From Chitinophagaceae bacterium (GTDB taxonomy: Bacteria > Bacteroidota > Bacteroidia > Chitinophagales > Chitinophagaceae): 64,000 bases of DNA. Position numbers and translations under genes: made by a program. Positions 1-10,335 of this stretch are shown here, in pieces. Under the pieces are notes generated by a model that did no database searches, had not been told where the DNA came from, and was given only the letters and a program-made list of their open reading frames with translations. The first letter of the stretch is position 1, and each line of letters starts with the position of its first letter. The stretch covers positions 7,420-71,419 of the forward strand of contig DASYQS010000051.1 in NCBI GenBank assembly GCA_036005185.1, in the 5' to 3' direction.

Positions 1-1510
1 ATAAGTAAGTTGCTGTGGTAAGTAGTCCATAGCGTATTAAATCAGTGCGTCTGTGGGCTTCCCAAAACAACTCTCTGCCTCTTTCGTCCAAGATAAAATT
101 CAGTGTTAGCTGAGAAGAATTAATATTCCCGCTTGTATTTCCATAAGCTCTTGTTCTTATTAAATTTATATAATTTAATACTGTTGTTGCATCTCCACCT
201 GTGCCGCCTCGCAAAACTGCCTCCGCATAAATCAAATACATTTCCGATAACCTGAACACTGGAAAATCCACGTCTGAAAAATTAGCATTGATATCAGAGA
301 TTGGTCCACCATCCGAGCGAATATTTTTCCATTTATTCACGTGTAAGCCATTTTCAAAATTGCTGACATCGCTGATAGACATCTGGGACGGTGTTGCCTT
401 ATACTTGGAAGTATAAAAAGCTACGCCTCTTTTATCGCCGGTTGTATCTATATTGCCCGATCCATCCTTCGGAAATAAATTTCCTAACGCTAAAGTGGCG
501 CGATATCCATTCCAACCTCCCCCTACGCCATATTCATTATGATCATCACCACAAGCGGCATGTACAAAGAATGTAGTGTTCCCATACGCCTGTGTACGCA
601 AACCATCACAGTTTATAGCAAACATAAACTCGTCTTTACGCTTATCATTATCAGCCATGAATAATTGACCGTATTTTGGTTGTAATGAATACCCGGCGGC
701 AATTATTTTTTTAGCATAGGTGATAGCTTCTGTGTATTTCGCAGTACCAGTATAGACTTGTGCGTTCAGGTACAAACGTGCCAGCAATGCCCATGCAGCG
801 CCTTGATCTACTCTGCCATACTCAATGGTTTTTACCGGAGCAAGCTCACCGTCAATTGCTTTTAATTCACTCTCAACAAATGAAAATAATTCAGACCTGC
901 TTTTTTCACCAGGCAGTTCAGTGCCTATTAAATTTGTTTCATCAATAAAAGTAGATTTACCAAAAAGGTCAATCATTACCCAGTAATTGAATGCACGAAG
1001 AAAACGAGCCTCTGCTCTTGATTTTTTTATATCGGCTGCGTCATTCCCTGTTATACCTCTTGATGCTAATTTCTCATCGGTAGACTCTCTCATGTATTCA
1101 TTAATCAGGGTTACATCATAAATAAGCCTTGCATATATACCTTTCAAAAACGGATCTGCACTTGTCCATTTTAAATCATGAAAATCATGAATTGTTTGGT
1201 CATTCCATGCTACTACTGCTTCATCGGTTGGCAGCTCTTCGCAATTAAAAAGCATTCTTATAAAGGCCACTTGCGACCCTTCATCAAGGCCACCGGCTAT
1301 ATCTGGCTGTCCTGCGGGACCCTGATTGCCTGTAATGGATAAGGTGCCATATATTTTTGCCAGCACACTTTTGTATCCAGCAACTGTTGAATAGGTCTTC
1401 TCAGGAGTGAGATCGTTTTGCGGAAATAAATCAAGCTTTTTTTCGCACGATGTAAAACCTGAAACAACTGCAAATGCTATGACTAAATTTTTTATGGTTC
1501 TATTTTTCAT
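1..1510 (-). CDS. SusD/RagB-family outer-membrane lipoprotein (3' end runs off the window)
   Basis: Absent from the ORF track because there is no in-window stop. My translation from ATG 1510-1508 gives MKNRTIKNLVIAFAVVSGFTSCEKK (lipobox Cys). The segments I translated (1510-1381, 660-601, 60-2) contain no stop, and the track's lack of any terminated minus-strand ORF here fits one frame open to position 2. It ends ...RELFWEAHRRTDLIRYGLLTTATYL, the typical SusD C-terminal motif. Starts 23 nt after the SusC stop. Confidence 0.85.
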   Translation of the reverse strand, partial: MKNRTIKNLVIAFAVVSGFTSCEKKLDLFPQNDLTPEKTYSTVAGYKSVLAKIYGTLSITGNQGPAGQPDIAGGLDEGSQVAFIRMLFNCEELPTDEAVVAWNDQTIHDFHDLKWTSADPFLKGIYARLIYDVTLINEYMRESTDEKLASRGITGNDAADIKKSRAEARFLRAFNYWVMIDLFGKSTFIDETNLIGTELPGEKSRSELFSFVESELKAIDGELAPVKTIEYGRVDQGAAWALLARLYLNAQVYTGTAKYTEAITYAKKIIAAGYSLQPKYGQLFMADNDKRKDEFMFAINCDGLRTQAYGNTTFFVHAACGDDHNEYGVGGGWNGYRATLALGNLFPKDGSGNIDTTGDKRGVAFYTSKYKATPSQMSISDVSNFENGLHVNKWKNIRSDGGPISDINANFSDVDFPVFRLSEMYLIYAEAVLRGGTGGDATTVLNYINLIRTRAYGNTSGNINSSQLTLNFILDERGRELFWEAHRRTDLIRYGLLTTATYL

Positions 1511-1533
1511 ATAATTCAACCGTTTAGTAATAA

Positions 1534-4500
1534 TTAGAAATCAAAATTTAATCCCAAAGAAAATATGCGAGGACGGGGATAGATTGTATATGTAACCCCT
1601 CCGTCTGAAGAAATTTCCGGATCCAAGCCTTTATAATTTGTAATTACAAATACGTTTTGAATACTTCCGGTAATACGTAGGGTGGCTTTGTCTTTAAACA
1701 CTTTGCCGGCATTGTATCCTAAATTAATATTGTCCAGTCTGAAGAAAGAAGCGTTCTCGATATAATAATCGGATAGATATTCATTTATGTTGCTTCCCGT
1801 AAATCTTGTAGTTAAATAAGAGCGGGAACCATTCTGAATAAAGTTAAGAGGATTCTTCAAAGCTCTTAGTGTTCCATTATTTGAACTAAATTGATTATAC
1901 AAATAGTTACCAAAGGAACCATGACCTGCTAAACCAAAACTCCATTTTTTGTAAGTGATCTGGGTATTAGCTCCCAGCAACCAATCAGGTGCAGGTTTTT
2001 TGTAGAAATACCTATCAGCATCAGAAATCTGGCCATCGCGATTGATATCTTCAAATAATCCATCAATCGGAGCTCCAGTTGATTTATCATAAACTTGTTT
2101 GAAAACATAAAAAACATTCGGTGCATAACCAACGGCATATTTTCCAATATAGTTAGTTAAACCACCACCAACTCCATTTACATCAATCCCTTTAAAATTA
2201 GGATCAGGTTGTTTCAACAAGTTGGTGATTTTTGATTTATTGTATGTAACATTAAAACCAAAATCCCATGAAATGATTTTGTTTCTTATAGGAGTTGTAT
2301 TCAAAGTAAATTCAACACCTTTATTTTCCATATTTCCTACGTTAGTCAAAAGAGTTATATCAAAATTAGAACCTGGTGCTACTGGTATTACACTCAAGAG
2401 ATCTTCAGTCTTTTTCACATAAACATCAATTGATCCAGAAATCCTGTTTTTTAAAAACCCAAAATCTAACCCAAGATTAGAGGTTGTCGTTGTTTCCCAC
2501 TTAATATCTGCATCATAAGCAGCAGGTCGCAAAAAGCTGTAAAAAGTATTTCCAAACTGATACTGTGCTGAAGAATTACTTTGGGAATATCTTGGCAAGT
2601 ATGGATATAAATTACCTATGTCCTGCTGGCCTGTAATACCCCATCCTAAGCGGAGTTTTAAATCACTCACAACATCACTGCTTCTGAAAAAGTCTTCCTT
2701 CATTTTCCATGCGACTGCAACTGAGGGAAAATAACCAACACGTGTATCAGGAGAGAATTTTGAGCTGGCATCTCTGCGTATAGACGCCGTAAGCAGATAT
2801 TTATTTGCCAATGTATAGTTCAATCTTCCCAAATATGACTCAAGACGATACTCAGGCTTGTCTGTAAGAAATGTTGGTTCTGAGCCGGCTATTGTATCTT
2901 TCTTTTGTGGTTTGGATGGATCAACAATAGCTCTATAACTTAAGTTTGGAAAGTTAGTGACATGAGTTACAAAATCCTGATAGCTATGAGTAACAAGTAC
3001 GTCTAATTTGCTTTTGATGACTTTTAATTCTTTTGTATAAAACAACGAAACGTCAGCCAGCGTATTTTCTTTTTTCTGTTCATAATGAACCCGCTTTCCA
3101 CCTGTTTTATAATCGGTAGCTAAAAGCGAATCGGTATTATCGTCGCCCTCACCTTTGGCGTTATCTATACCCACATTTACTAAAACATGCAAATCTGGAA
3201 AAACATGGAGCTTATAATCCAGTTGTATATTTCCAATAACCCTGTTTACTTTAGACGTATTATGTCTAAGCTCCAATAAAGCCAGGGGGTTTCGAGTAGC
3301 AAGGTCAATAGGTTTTGTATCGGCCTGCAGCCATTCATAGTAACCTCCATATTTATTGCTTGCATATACAGGTTGAGTCGGATCGAAAGAAACTGCGGCA
3401 CCTACAGCTCCGTCATTGGCAAAACGATTCTTGGTTTGGCTGGCTTTTACGGCAAGATTTACAGACAGATGATCATCCAAAAATTTGGGCGATAAATTTA
3501 AAGAGGCGGAATAGCGATCAAATTTATCTGTTTTTAAAATTCCTTCCTGGTTATAATAGCCCAGTGATATGCGTACAGGTATATTTTTAAAAGCCCCGCT
3601 GGCGCTCAAATTGTTATTTGTTCCAAACGCTTCTTGGTAAATCTGGTCTTGCCAATCTGTATTTTCTTTGCCTAATAAATTTTTATAAGTGTTATTACCG
3701 GTTGCTACAGCATCTGCAGTAATAATATTTCTTATTTCATCGCCACTTAAAAGATCTACTTTGCTGGAAATAGTTGAAACTGAAAATAGCGTATTGAAAT
3801 TAAATTTGAATTTGCCGTTTGTGCCTTTTTTTGTGGTAATGATCAATACCCCATTAGATGCCCTAGAACCATATAGTGCAGTTGCAGAGGCATCCTTCAA
3901 AACACTTATCGACTCGATATCATCGGGATTAATTGTGTTTAAATAATATGAGGAGCCAGGTATTGGTCTTCCATTAGCGCCATTACTTTCTACGGGTACA
4001 CCATCTATTACAATCAGCGGGTCATTACTTGCATTTAATGAAGCCCCGCCTCTGATACGTATTTTACTGCCACCACCCGCTGATCCGCCAAAGGTTGTAA
4101 TTTGTAAACCAGGCACTTTCCCAATTAAGAATTGTTCGGAAGATCCGATATTTCCTTTTTGAAAATCTTTTGAGGAAACAGATGTAACTGATCCTGTTAG
4201 ATCACCTTTTTTTCGTGTACCATACGCCACCACTACTAAATCACTCAGTGTAGAAGCAGATGTTTGCAATGAGACATTCATTGCATTACTTGCAGGAATA
4301 GGAATTTGCTGAGTAGTAAAACCAACTGAAGTAAAAATAAGCGCATCAACAGATGAAGGCACAGCTATTCTAAAGCTGCCATCAGTTGCCGTTTGCGTGG
4401 CTGTACGGGTTCCTCTTGCCGTTACTGTAACGCCAGCAATACCATTGCCAGTTGAATCAGTTACTCTACCTGTTACTACGCGGTCTTGCGCAAAACTTAG

Positions 4501-4560
4501 CTGCGAGAATAGCAGCATTGCCGGCAAGAAAATCGATTGAAGCAGTTTTCTGCATGACAT
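1534..4560 (-). CDS. SusC/RagA-type TonB-dependent outer-membrane transporter
   Basis: ORF track 1534..4566 begins at a TTG; the first ATG is at 4560 (MSCRKLLQSIF...SFAQ signal). Carboxypeptidase-regulatory-like N-domain (VTGRVTDSTGNGIAGVTVTARGT), plug motifs (VVVAYGTRKK, LYGSRASNGVLIITTKKG) and a barrel ending LGLNFDF. Confidence 0.9.
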   Translation of the reverse strand: MSCRKLLQSIFLPAMLLFSQLSFAQDRVVTGRVTDSTGNGIAGVTVTARGTRTATQTATDGSFRIAVPSSVDALIFTSVGFTTQQIPIPASNAMNVSLQTSASTLSDLVVVAYGTRKKGDLTGSVTSVSSKDFQKGNIGSSEQFLIGKVPGLQITTFGGSAGGGSKIRIRGGASLNASNDPLIVIDGVPVESNGANGRPIPGSSYYLNTINPDDIESISVLKDASATALYGSRASNGVLIITTKKGTNGKFKFNFNTLFSVSTISSKVDLLSGDEIRNIITADAVATGNNTYKNLLGKENTDWQDQIYQEAFGTNNNLSASGAFKNIPVRISLGYYNQEGILKTDKFDRYSASLNLSPKFLDDHLSVNLAVKASQTKNRFANDGAVGAAVSFDPTQPVYASNKYGGYYEWLQADTKPIDLATRNPLALLELRHNTSKVNRVIGNIQLDYKLHVFPDLHVLVNVGIDNAKGEGDDNTDSLLATDYKTGGKRVHYEQKKENTLADVSLFYTKELKVIKSKLDVLVTHSYQDFVTHVTNFPNLSYRAIVDPSKPQKKDTIAGSEPTFLTDKPEYRLESYLGRLNYTLANKYLLTASIRRDASSKFSPDTRVGYFPSVAVAWKMKEDFFRSSDVVSDLKLRLGWGITGQQDIGNLYPYLPRYSQSNSSAQYQFGNTFYSFLRPAAYDADIKWETTTTSNLGLDFGFLKNRISGSIDVYVKKTEDLLSVIPVAPGSNFDITLLTNVGNMENKGVEFTLNTTPIRNKIISWDFGFNVTYNKSKITNLLKQPDPNFKGIDVNGVGGGLTNYIGKYAVGYAPNVFYVFKQVYDKSTGAPIDGLFEDINRDGQISDADRYFYKKPAPDWLLGANTQITYKKWSFGLAGHGSFGNYLYNQFSSNNGTLRALKNPLNFIQNGSRSYLTTRFTGSNINEYLSDYYIENASFFRLDNINLGYNAGKVFKDKATLRITGSIQNVFVITNYKGLDPEISSDGGVTYTIYPRPRIFSLGLNFDF

Positions 4561-4808
4561 AAGCAATCATTAAGCGTTTTGATGAATCAATTTTCTAATA
4601 AACTAATGTGTATAAAGAACACAATGATAGATATTTTTTAACTTCCGAAAAAATTTAATTTAAAGGATAAGAGTTATTCTGGCTGCCTTTTGAATTAACC
4701 GATTTAAGTAATAATGCCATATATTTTTTTGTCATAATTCCAGCCTTAGATTTGAGATTTCAGGTTTCGAGGGGGTAATCAGAAACTATATTATAAGACA
4801 TCGGATTG

Positions 4809-5546
4809 TCATGCAAGGCTGCGTGCTTCGGGCTGACTTGTCTTCTTTTTTGTTTGCTTTTTTTGCGTCTGTGATTTAGCCTTATATAATTTTCCAGGTC
4901 GATGTGGGACGTCTTCCTCCATCTCATCTAAATCAATCAGCCAATCCTTATGGGCTATTTTTTTCCGGAAATTACGCCTGTCGAGCCCAACTCCTAATAT
5001 GGCCTGGTAAAGATCCTGCAACTCCCTTAGTGAAAATTTTTCCGGTAATAAATTAAAAATGATTGGATGTTCCATCACTTGTTCCCGTAAACGCTCCAAG
5101 CTCCTATCCAAAATTTTTTTGTGATCAAATGCAAGTTTTTTTATTTCATTTACTTTATGCCAATGCAATTCATTATGCGTCAGTTTAAGCTTATGATGCT
5201 TAATGTCAATTAATGAATAATATGCAATCGTTATTACCCGGCCGGAAGGATGACGGCCAATATTTCCGAATGTATGCACTTGATCAAGATACACATCATC
5301 CATGCCTGTTCTTTCTTTTAATACACGGTATGGTGCACTTTCTATATCTTCATCTGTACGTACAAGATCGCCGAGCAATGACCATAACCCTGTAAACTCT
5401 TCAAGATCTGATTTTATGAGAAGAACTTTCAGCTCTTTATTTTCATATCCAAAAATTACGCAGTCAACAGAGACAGCTATATTGAAATAGTCGAGGTGAC
5501 TGATCTTTTCGATCTCAGCCGTTTTTAGATTAGCGAGTTTAGCCAT
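4809..5546 (-). CDS. NrtR-like transcriptional regulator (degenerate Nudix domain + C-terminal winged helix)
   Basis: Nudix-fold N-half with a degenerate Nudix box (GDLVRTDEDIESAPYRVLKERTGM). C-half FSLRELQDLYQAILGVGLDRRNFRKKI matches the NrtR-type wHTH. Lies directly upstream of SusC/SusD. Confidence 0.65.
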   Translation of the reverse strand: MAKLANLKTAEIEKISHLDYFNIAVSVDCVIFGYENKELKVLLIKSDLEEFTGLWSLLGDLVRTDEDIESAPYRVLKERTGMDDVYLDQVHTFGNIGRHPSGRVITIAYYSLIDIKHHKLKLTHNELHWHKVNEIKKLAFDHKKILDRSLERLREQVMEHPIIFNLLPEKFSLRELQDLYQAILGVGLDRRNFRKKIAHKDWLIDLDEMEEDVPHRPGKLYKAKSQTQKKQTKKKTSQPEARSLA

Positions 5547-5574
5547 GGCAGTGGTTGCTTGGGTTAAAAATAAC

Positions 5575-8478
5575 TTATTTTAAAATAAATTTTATTGTTC
5601 TTACTGATGTTTTAGTGTTTACTCTTAATAGATATATACCAGCGGAAAACTTCTTATTGTTTTCAAAGTTGAGAGTGTGAAGTCCTCTTGATAAAAATCC
5701 TGAATATATATCTTCTATTTTTTGTCCTGTTGAATTCAACAGATCAATTTTTACATTACCGCTTTCTGCAACGGTAACATCAATATTTGCATTTTTTATT
5801 ACCGGATTTGGATTGATTTTAATAAATAAATTATTGCCGGGTGCATTTATTGATATAACCAGTGTAGCAATTGTACTGACCACATTCCGATTTAAGTACA
5901 CATGGTACTCCCCAGGTTGCAATGTTATATTCTGTGAAGCTCCGGTTGAATTAAATATACTTCCATCTATATAATCATACCAGGTTCCTGCATTTTGAAA
6001 TGTAACATTTTCTGATTGAGGTGTCACATCAAAATTTCCTATTACACAAATTTTGGAAGTATCAGTGGTTATCTGGAGCCACTTAAAACCGCTGCCGAGG
6101 CTATAATTAATTTGATTGGTTGTAAATACATCTTTATATAATGAATGAAATCTTAGTTTGATAAGTTCGGCATACACATCGTGTAATCGCTTCCGCTGAA
6201 TATTCTGCGAATAATCCCAGCGAATAGGCTTAGGATCTAACTTTTTATTGCAATCTCCACCTTCTCCATTAGTCGATTGATAACAGCGGGAATAGTCGTA
6301 CCCCAGTTCTCCAAATTCCCAAATCATTTTCGGACCAGGGATAGTAAGCATAAAGGCAGCTCCAAGTTCCATTCTTTTTAATGCAGTTGCCGTGTCTTTC
6401 ACATTATAGCTTCCTGATGAGTTACCATACTTTATGTTTTTAAAGTTAACACGTTCTTCATCGTGACTTTCCATGTAAGTAACAAGATGGGGTTTTGTCC
6501 ACCCTCGAGCAGTGTAAATTCCCCGATCAAAATTCCAAGTACCTCCGCTGGGGCTTGGAGTTGAATAACCCATGGTTGCCTGAGCATAGTTATCATTTAA
6601 ATTACCCCAAACCAGCATGCCACTATCTGATAATTCTTTTTCTTCTACGTTGTCACAAAAATGTTCCAGTATTACATAGGCATTCGCATCAACGGTTTTG
6701 ATGGCATTTGCATAACCATTTAAAATTGCAATGCGGCTAGCGTCATAAGCGAAAAAAGCACTATCATTCGATGAAGGTTTTTGAGTAAGCCCTTTCGAAA
6801 AATCAAAGCGATACCCGTCAATTTTATATTGAGTGATCCAATGTTGCAACACGCGACCAAAAAAATATTTTGTTACCAAACTCTCATGATTAAAATCATC
6901 TCCAAACCCAAAAGCATGCGGCGCCACAGGATTGTACCAGGGATTATTCGCCGCTGGTCTATTATTAGCTCCGTCCCAATATAATTGAGCCAGAGGCGAC
7001 AAACCATAAGTATGGTTCATTACAATATCCATTATTACGGCCATTCCTTTTTTATGGCATGAATCAATAAATCGTTGCAGTGTGATTTTGGGACCATAGT
7101 ATTTATCAGGAGCAAAATAAAAGTCAGGATTATAACCCCAACTGCTGTTTCCTTCAAACTCATTAAAAGGCATTATTTCGATTGCATTTATTCCAAGATT
7201 TTGCAAGTAAGATAATGTATCACGCAAAGTGTTCCAGTCGTGTGCGGCTAAAAAATCTCTCACCAGCAATTCATAAATGACGAGCTTTCTTTTGTCGGGC
7301 TTCGGGAAATTATTCACCTGCCAATTGTATTGTGGCGAAGCCGTTTGTAAAATGCTCACTATGCCAGTTGTTGAACCAGTGGGATAAGGTTTGAGATTAG
7401 GATAAGTTGAAGAGGGGATACTGGCATCATTAGGATCTAAAACCTTTTCAGTATAAGGATCTGCAATTCTTAGCGAGCCATCAACCAAATATTGAAAAGC
7501 ATATTCTGTTCCCGGCGTTAACCCTGTTATTCGAATCCACCAATAATTGCCATCTGGTGTTTTGTTCATTTGATATTGCGATTGCTCTGTCCAATTGCTT
7601 CCAGCAAACTCACCAACTACCGACACACGATTTTTTGAAGGCGCATATAGCACAAGTGTTGCTGCTGTATTATCATTTTCATAATTAATTCCATCCTTGA
7701 CACCAGCAGGAAGCGGTGCAATCGTAATTCCACCTGTGATAAAAAATTTAATAGTATCTTTTTTTGCAGTAGTTCCATCGTTTGCCTCTGCAACAATTTC
7801 TGTATTACCTCCTGTGGTAAGAGTTGGGTTAGCTGTAATAGTGGTTACATTGCTTGCTGTTTGAATTTCTGCTCCATTCAGATACAGTTTCATTGCCGAA
7901 GGTTTATTTGCAATGGCAACGAGATTGATATTGTCTCCAACCGCTTTTGTTAAAGGTTCGGGTTGTGGAATATAAAGAGGTTGAAATAAAGGATCAGTAA
8001 ATCGAATCGAAACAGAACTATTATCATAAACCGGCACATACATATCACTCCCATTGGTATTTGCCAGCTTTTTGGAGCCATCGCCATTTCTAAAAAGAAT
8101 AGCAATCTTTTGAATGTGTTCACCCGAAGTTTTTATTTTGAAAAAACTATCAAGCCTGCCCGCAATGGTATAAGTCCATTTATTATTTCCAATATAAGTG
8201 CAGTGTGCAGTATCGTTTGTTGTTCCCCAGGCAAATCGAACATAACGCCAATCTGATGAGCTCGTGCTAAGATTTGTTATCACTCCTATATGAACATATA
8301 CATCTGATGTCGTAGAGTAATTCAATAGCCCCTGATTGCCCTTCGTTGCATCCGCTGTGATCACGACGTTACTTGCCGCATCATTTTCTACAGGAAATGA
8401 AGGAGTCCAGCTTAATAACTGTGCTCTTAGAAGAGAAAAAAAGAATAGGAATAATAAAAGGAATGCGATCTTCTTCAT
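5575..8478 (-). CDS. GH13 alpha-amylase-family enzyme with CBM48-like domain and T9SS type-A C-terminal sorting domain
   Basis: Signal peptide. E-set/CBM48-like block (VSVVGEFAGSNWTEQSQYQMNKTPDGNYWWIRITGL). GH13 regions DIVMNHT, GYRFDF, ILEHF, ESHDE. The last ~80 aa (NPNPVIKNANIDV...GIYLLRVNTKTSVRTIKFILK) look like a Por/T9SS CTD. Confidence 0.85.
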   Translation of the reverse strand: MKKIAFLLLFLFFFSLLRAQLLSWTPSFPVENDAASNVVITADATKGNQGLLNYSTTSDVYVHIGVITNLSTSSSDWRYVRFAWGTTNDTAHCTYIGNNKWTYTIAGRLDSFFKIKTSGEHIQKIAILFRNGDGSKKLANTNGSDMYVPVYDNSSVSIRFTDPLFQPLYIPQPEPLTKAVGDNINLVAIANKPSAMKLYLNGAEIQTASNVTTITANPTLTTGGNTEIVAEANDGTTAKKDTIKFFITGGITIAPLPAGVKDGINYENDNTAATLVLYAPSKNRVSVVGEFAGSNWTEQSQYQMNKTPDGNYWWIRITGLTPGTEYAFQYLVDGSLRIADPYTEKVLDPNDASIPSSTYPNLKPYPTGSTTGIVSILQTASPQYNWQVNNFPKPDKRKLVIYELLVRDFLAAHDWNTLRDTLSYLQNLGINAIEIMPFNEFEGNSSWGYNPDFYFAPDKYYGPKITLQRFIDSCHKKGMAVIMDIVMNHTYGLSPLAQLYWDGANNRPAANNPWYNPVAPHAFGFGDDFNHESLVTKYFFGRVLQHWITQYKIDGYRFDFSKGLTQKPSSNDSAFFAYDASRIAILNGYANAIKTVDANAYVILEHFCDNVEEKELSDSGMLVWGNLNDNYAQATMGYSTPSPSGGTWNFDRGIYTARGWTKPHLVTYMESHDEERVNFKNIKYGNSSGSYNVKDTATALKRMELGAAFMLTIPGPKMIWEFGELGYDYSRCYQSTNGEGGDCNKKLDPKPIRWDYSQNIQRKRLHDVYAELIKLRFHSLYKDVFTTNQINYSLGSGFKWLQITTDTSKICVIGNFDVTPQSENVTFQNAGTWYDYIDGSIFNSTGASQNITLQPGEYHVYLNRNVVSTIATLVISINAPGNNLFIKINPNPVIKNANIDVTVAESGNVKIDLLNSTGQKIEDIYSGFLSRGLHTLNFENNKKFSAGIYLLRVNTKTSVRTIKFILK

Positions 8479-8681
8479 AGCAAGCCATTAAATCGTTTCA
8501 GTCTTCCTTCCGCAATAAAATAGCTGAGTGATTCTGCAAAAGGGAACGTAAGATAGCAAATATGTACTTACAACACATTAAATCTTCTTTCTTTTTTTGA
8601 AAAATGAAGCGGTGGCATGGCTAGTTTATAGCAGTTAAGACATGAAGGTTCGCTCGGCTGCTGTTATATTGCTAATTTTCC

Positions 8682-10268
8682 TTAATCATTTGGATGTAAC
8701 TGGTATTTATTGATAAGCGCAAGTAATACTCCATTGGTCCAGCCGAATCCGTCTTGGCCTCCATATTCTCCACCTCCTGCCTCAAGATGTGTATCAGCCA
8801 CGTTATATTTTTCCATCAGTTTACCCGTTCTTTGAAATACATCTGCATTTAATTTCACCCAACGCTGTGCAATATCTCTAGCTAGGGTTGATTGCCCGCA
8901 TCTTTCTAATCCCCAAATGGTCATCCATTCAAGCGGAGCCCAGCCATTTGGTGCATCCCATTGCTGGCCTGTATTATTTTCTGTTGTCTGTATTCCTCCC
9001 GCTTTGAGCAGTTTCCTTTTTAGCATCGAAGTTGCCAGTGTACATTTCTGGTTGAGGGCTGAAGTTTTTTTAAAAATACAAAAGGGATACATGCCCGCAG
9101 GAGTTACGACTCCATTTTGTTTTTGCTTTTTGAAATCATAATCGGTGTAATAATTCAATTGTTTATTCCAGCAATATTTATCAATGGCTGCTGACCGCTT
9201 TGTCGCTTTTTGCAAATACATGGAAGACATAAGAGCATCACCTGAAAGTTTCTTCGCTTTTGAAATAGTATATTCAAGACTTAATAATAAGCTGTTTAGA
9301 TCAACAGGAATAGTATTAATGACCTCAATCGTTGTAATATTTTTTTTGTCGGCAAACCACCGGCTACTGAAATCAATTCCACTTTCTGCGCCTGCCCGGA
9401 GATTACGATACATCTCTTCTTTATTTCTGCCAGATTTTTCCGCTGTTGCCACATCCTCTTTAAATCCTTCAGGTCTGGGAGTAGCAGCATCATCCCAATA
9501 ACGATTTAATGTCACTCCATCTTTCATTTTCACTACTCTTCTATATGACTGCCCTGGTTTTAATTTTTCACCTCCTTCCATCCAAAAATTATATTCTTTT
9601 TCTAATGCTGGCAAAAAAGCAGGATAAACATCATCCCCTTTTATGGAGGCAAGCAGGTCAACCATCAAGGAAAAAAAAGGTGGCTGCGAGCGACTGATGT
9701 AATAGCTACGATTACCATTTGGAATATGTCCATAAGTATATATGAGATAAGCAAAATTTTTCACCATATTTTCTATCATCTCCACCTCACCACTTTCCTT
9801 GAGGCCAAGCATGGTGAAATAAGAATCCCAGTAATAGATTTCACGAAATCTACCGCCAGGAACTATATATGCATTTGGTAATGGCAATAATGAACTGCCA
9901 TTCACAGCTGAATCAGCTTCTCTTTTCAGCACATTCCAAAGGTTTTTGATATGCATTACTACATCTTTTTCCTTGGTGATGTAATTAAGCTGCGGCGTTT
10001 TGGGTAAATCAAAATTCCCAGTAACAAATTCATCCAGTCTAAACCGAATAGCTGGATTATTTTTCATGGTGAGATAGTCTTTTACAATTTCTTTTGGATC
10101 TCTTTTAGGAATGCAATCAGGAAAGGTTTTGCTGTCAGGAAAAATATGTCGCATTTGAACATCAGTAAACAACTCGCCATAAATTTCGGCAGGAGTTTGT
10201 ACCTGTTGTTGAGCGGAAATATTAAAAACAACAACAAAAGCAAGCAGTATCGATATGAATTTTTTCAT
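8682..10268 (-). CDS. treA: periplasmic trehalase (GH37)
   Basis: Both trehalase signatures are present: PGGRFREIYYWDSYF and QQWDAPNGWAPLEWM. N-terminal signal peptide. Confidence 0.85.
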   Translation of the reverse strand: MKKFISILLAFVVVFNISAQQQVQTPAEIYGELFTDVQMRHIFPDSKTFPDCIPKRDPKEIVKDYLTMKNNPAIRFRLDEFVTGNFDLPKTPQLNYITKEKDVVMHIKNLWNVLKREADSAVNGSSLLPLPNAYIVPGGRFREIYYWDSYFTMLGLKESGEVEMIENMVKNFAYLIYTYGHIPNGNRSYYISRSQPPFFSLMVDLLASIKGDDVYPAFLPALEKEYNFWMEGGEKLKPGQSYRRVVKMKDGVTLNRYWDDAATPRPEGFKEDVATAEKSGRNKEEMYRNLRAGAESGIDFSSRWFADKKNITTIEVINTIPVDLNSLLLSLEYTISKAKKLSGDALMSSMYLQKATKRSAAIDKYCWNKQLNYYTDYDFKKQKQNGVVTPAGMYPFCIFKKTSALNQKCTLATSMLKRKLLKAGGIQTTENNTGQQWDAPNGWAPLEWMTIWGLERCGQSTLARDIAQRWVKLNADVFQRTGKLMEKYNVADTHLEAGGGEYGGQDGFGWTNGVLLALINKYQLHPND

Positions 10269-10335
10269 GAATCGAATATAAAAAATAAAACACCAGCATT
10301 TAGAACCGGTGTTTTAAAATAAAAATAATTAGTGT

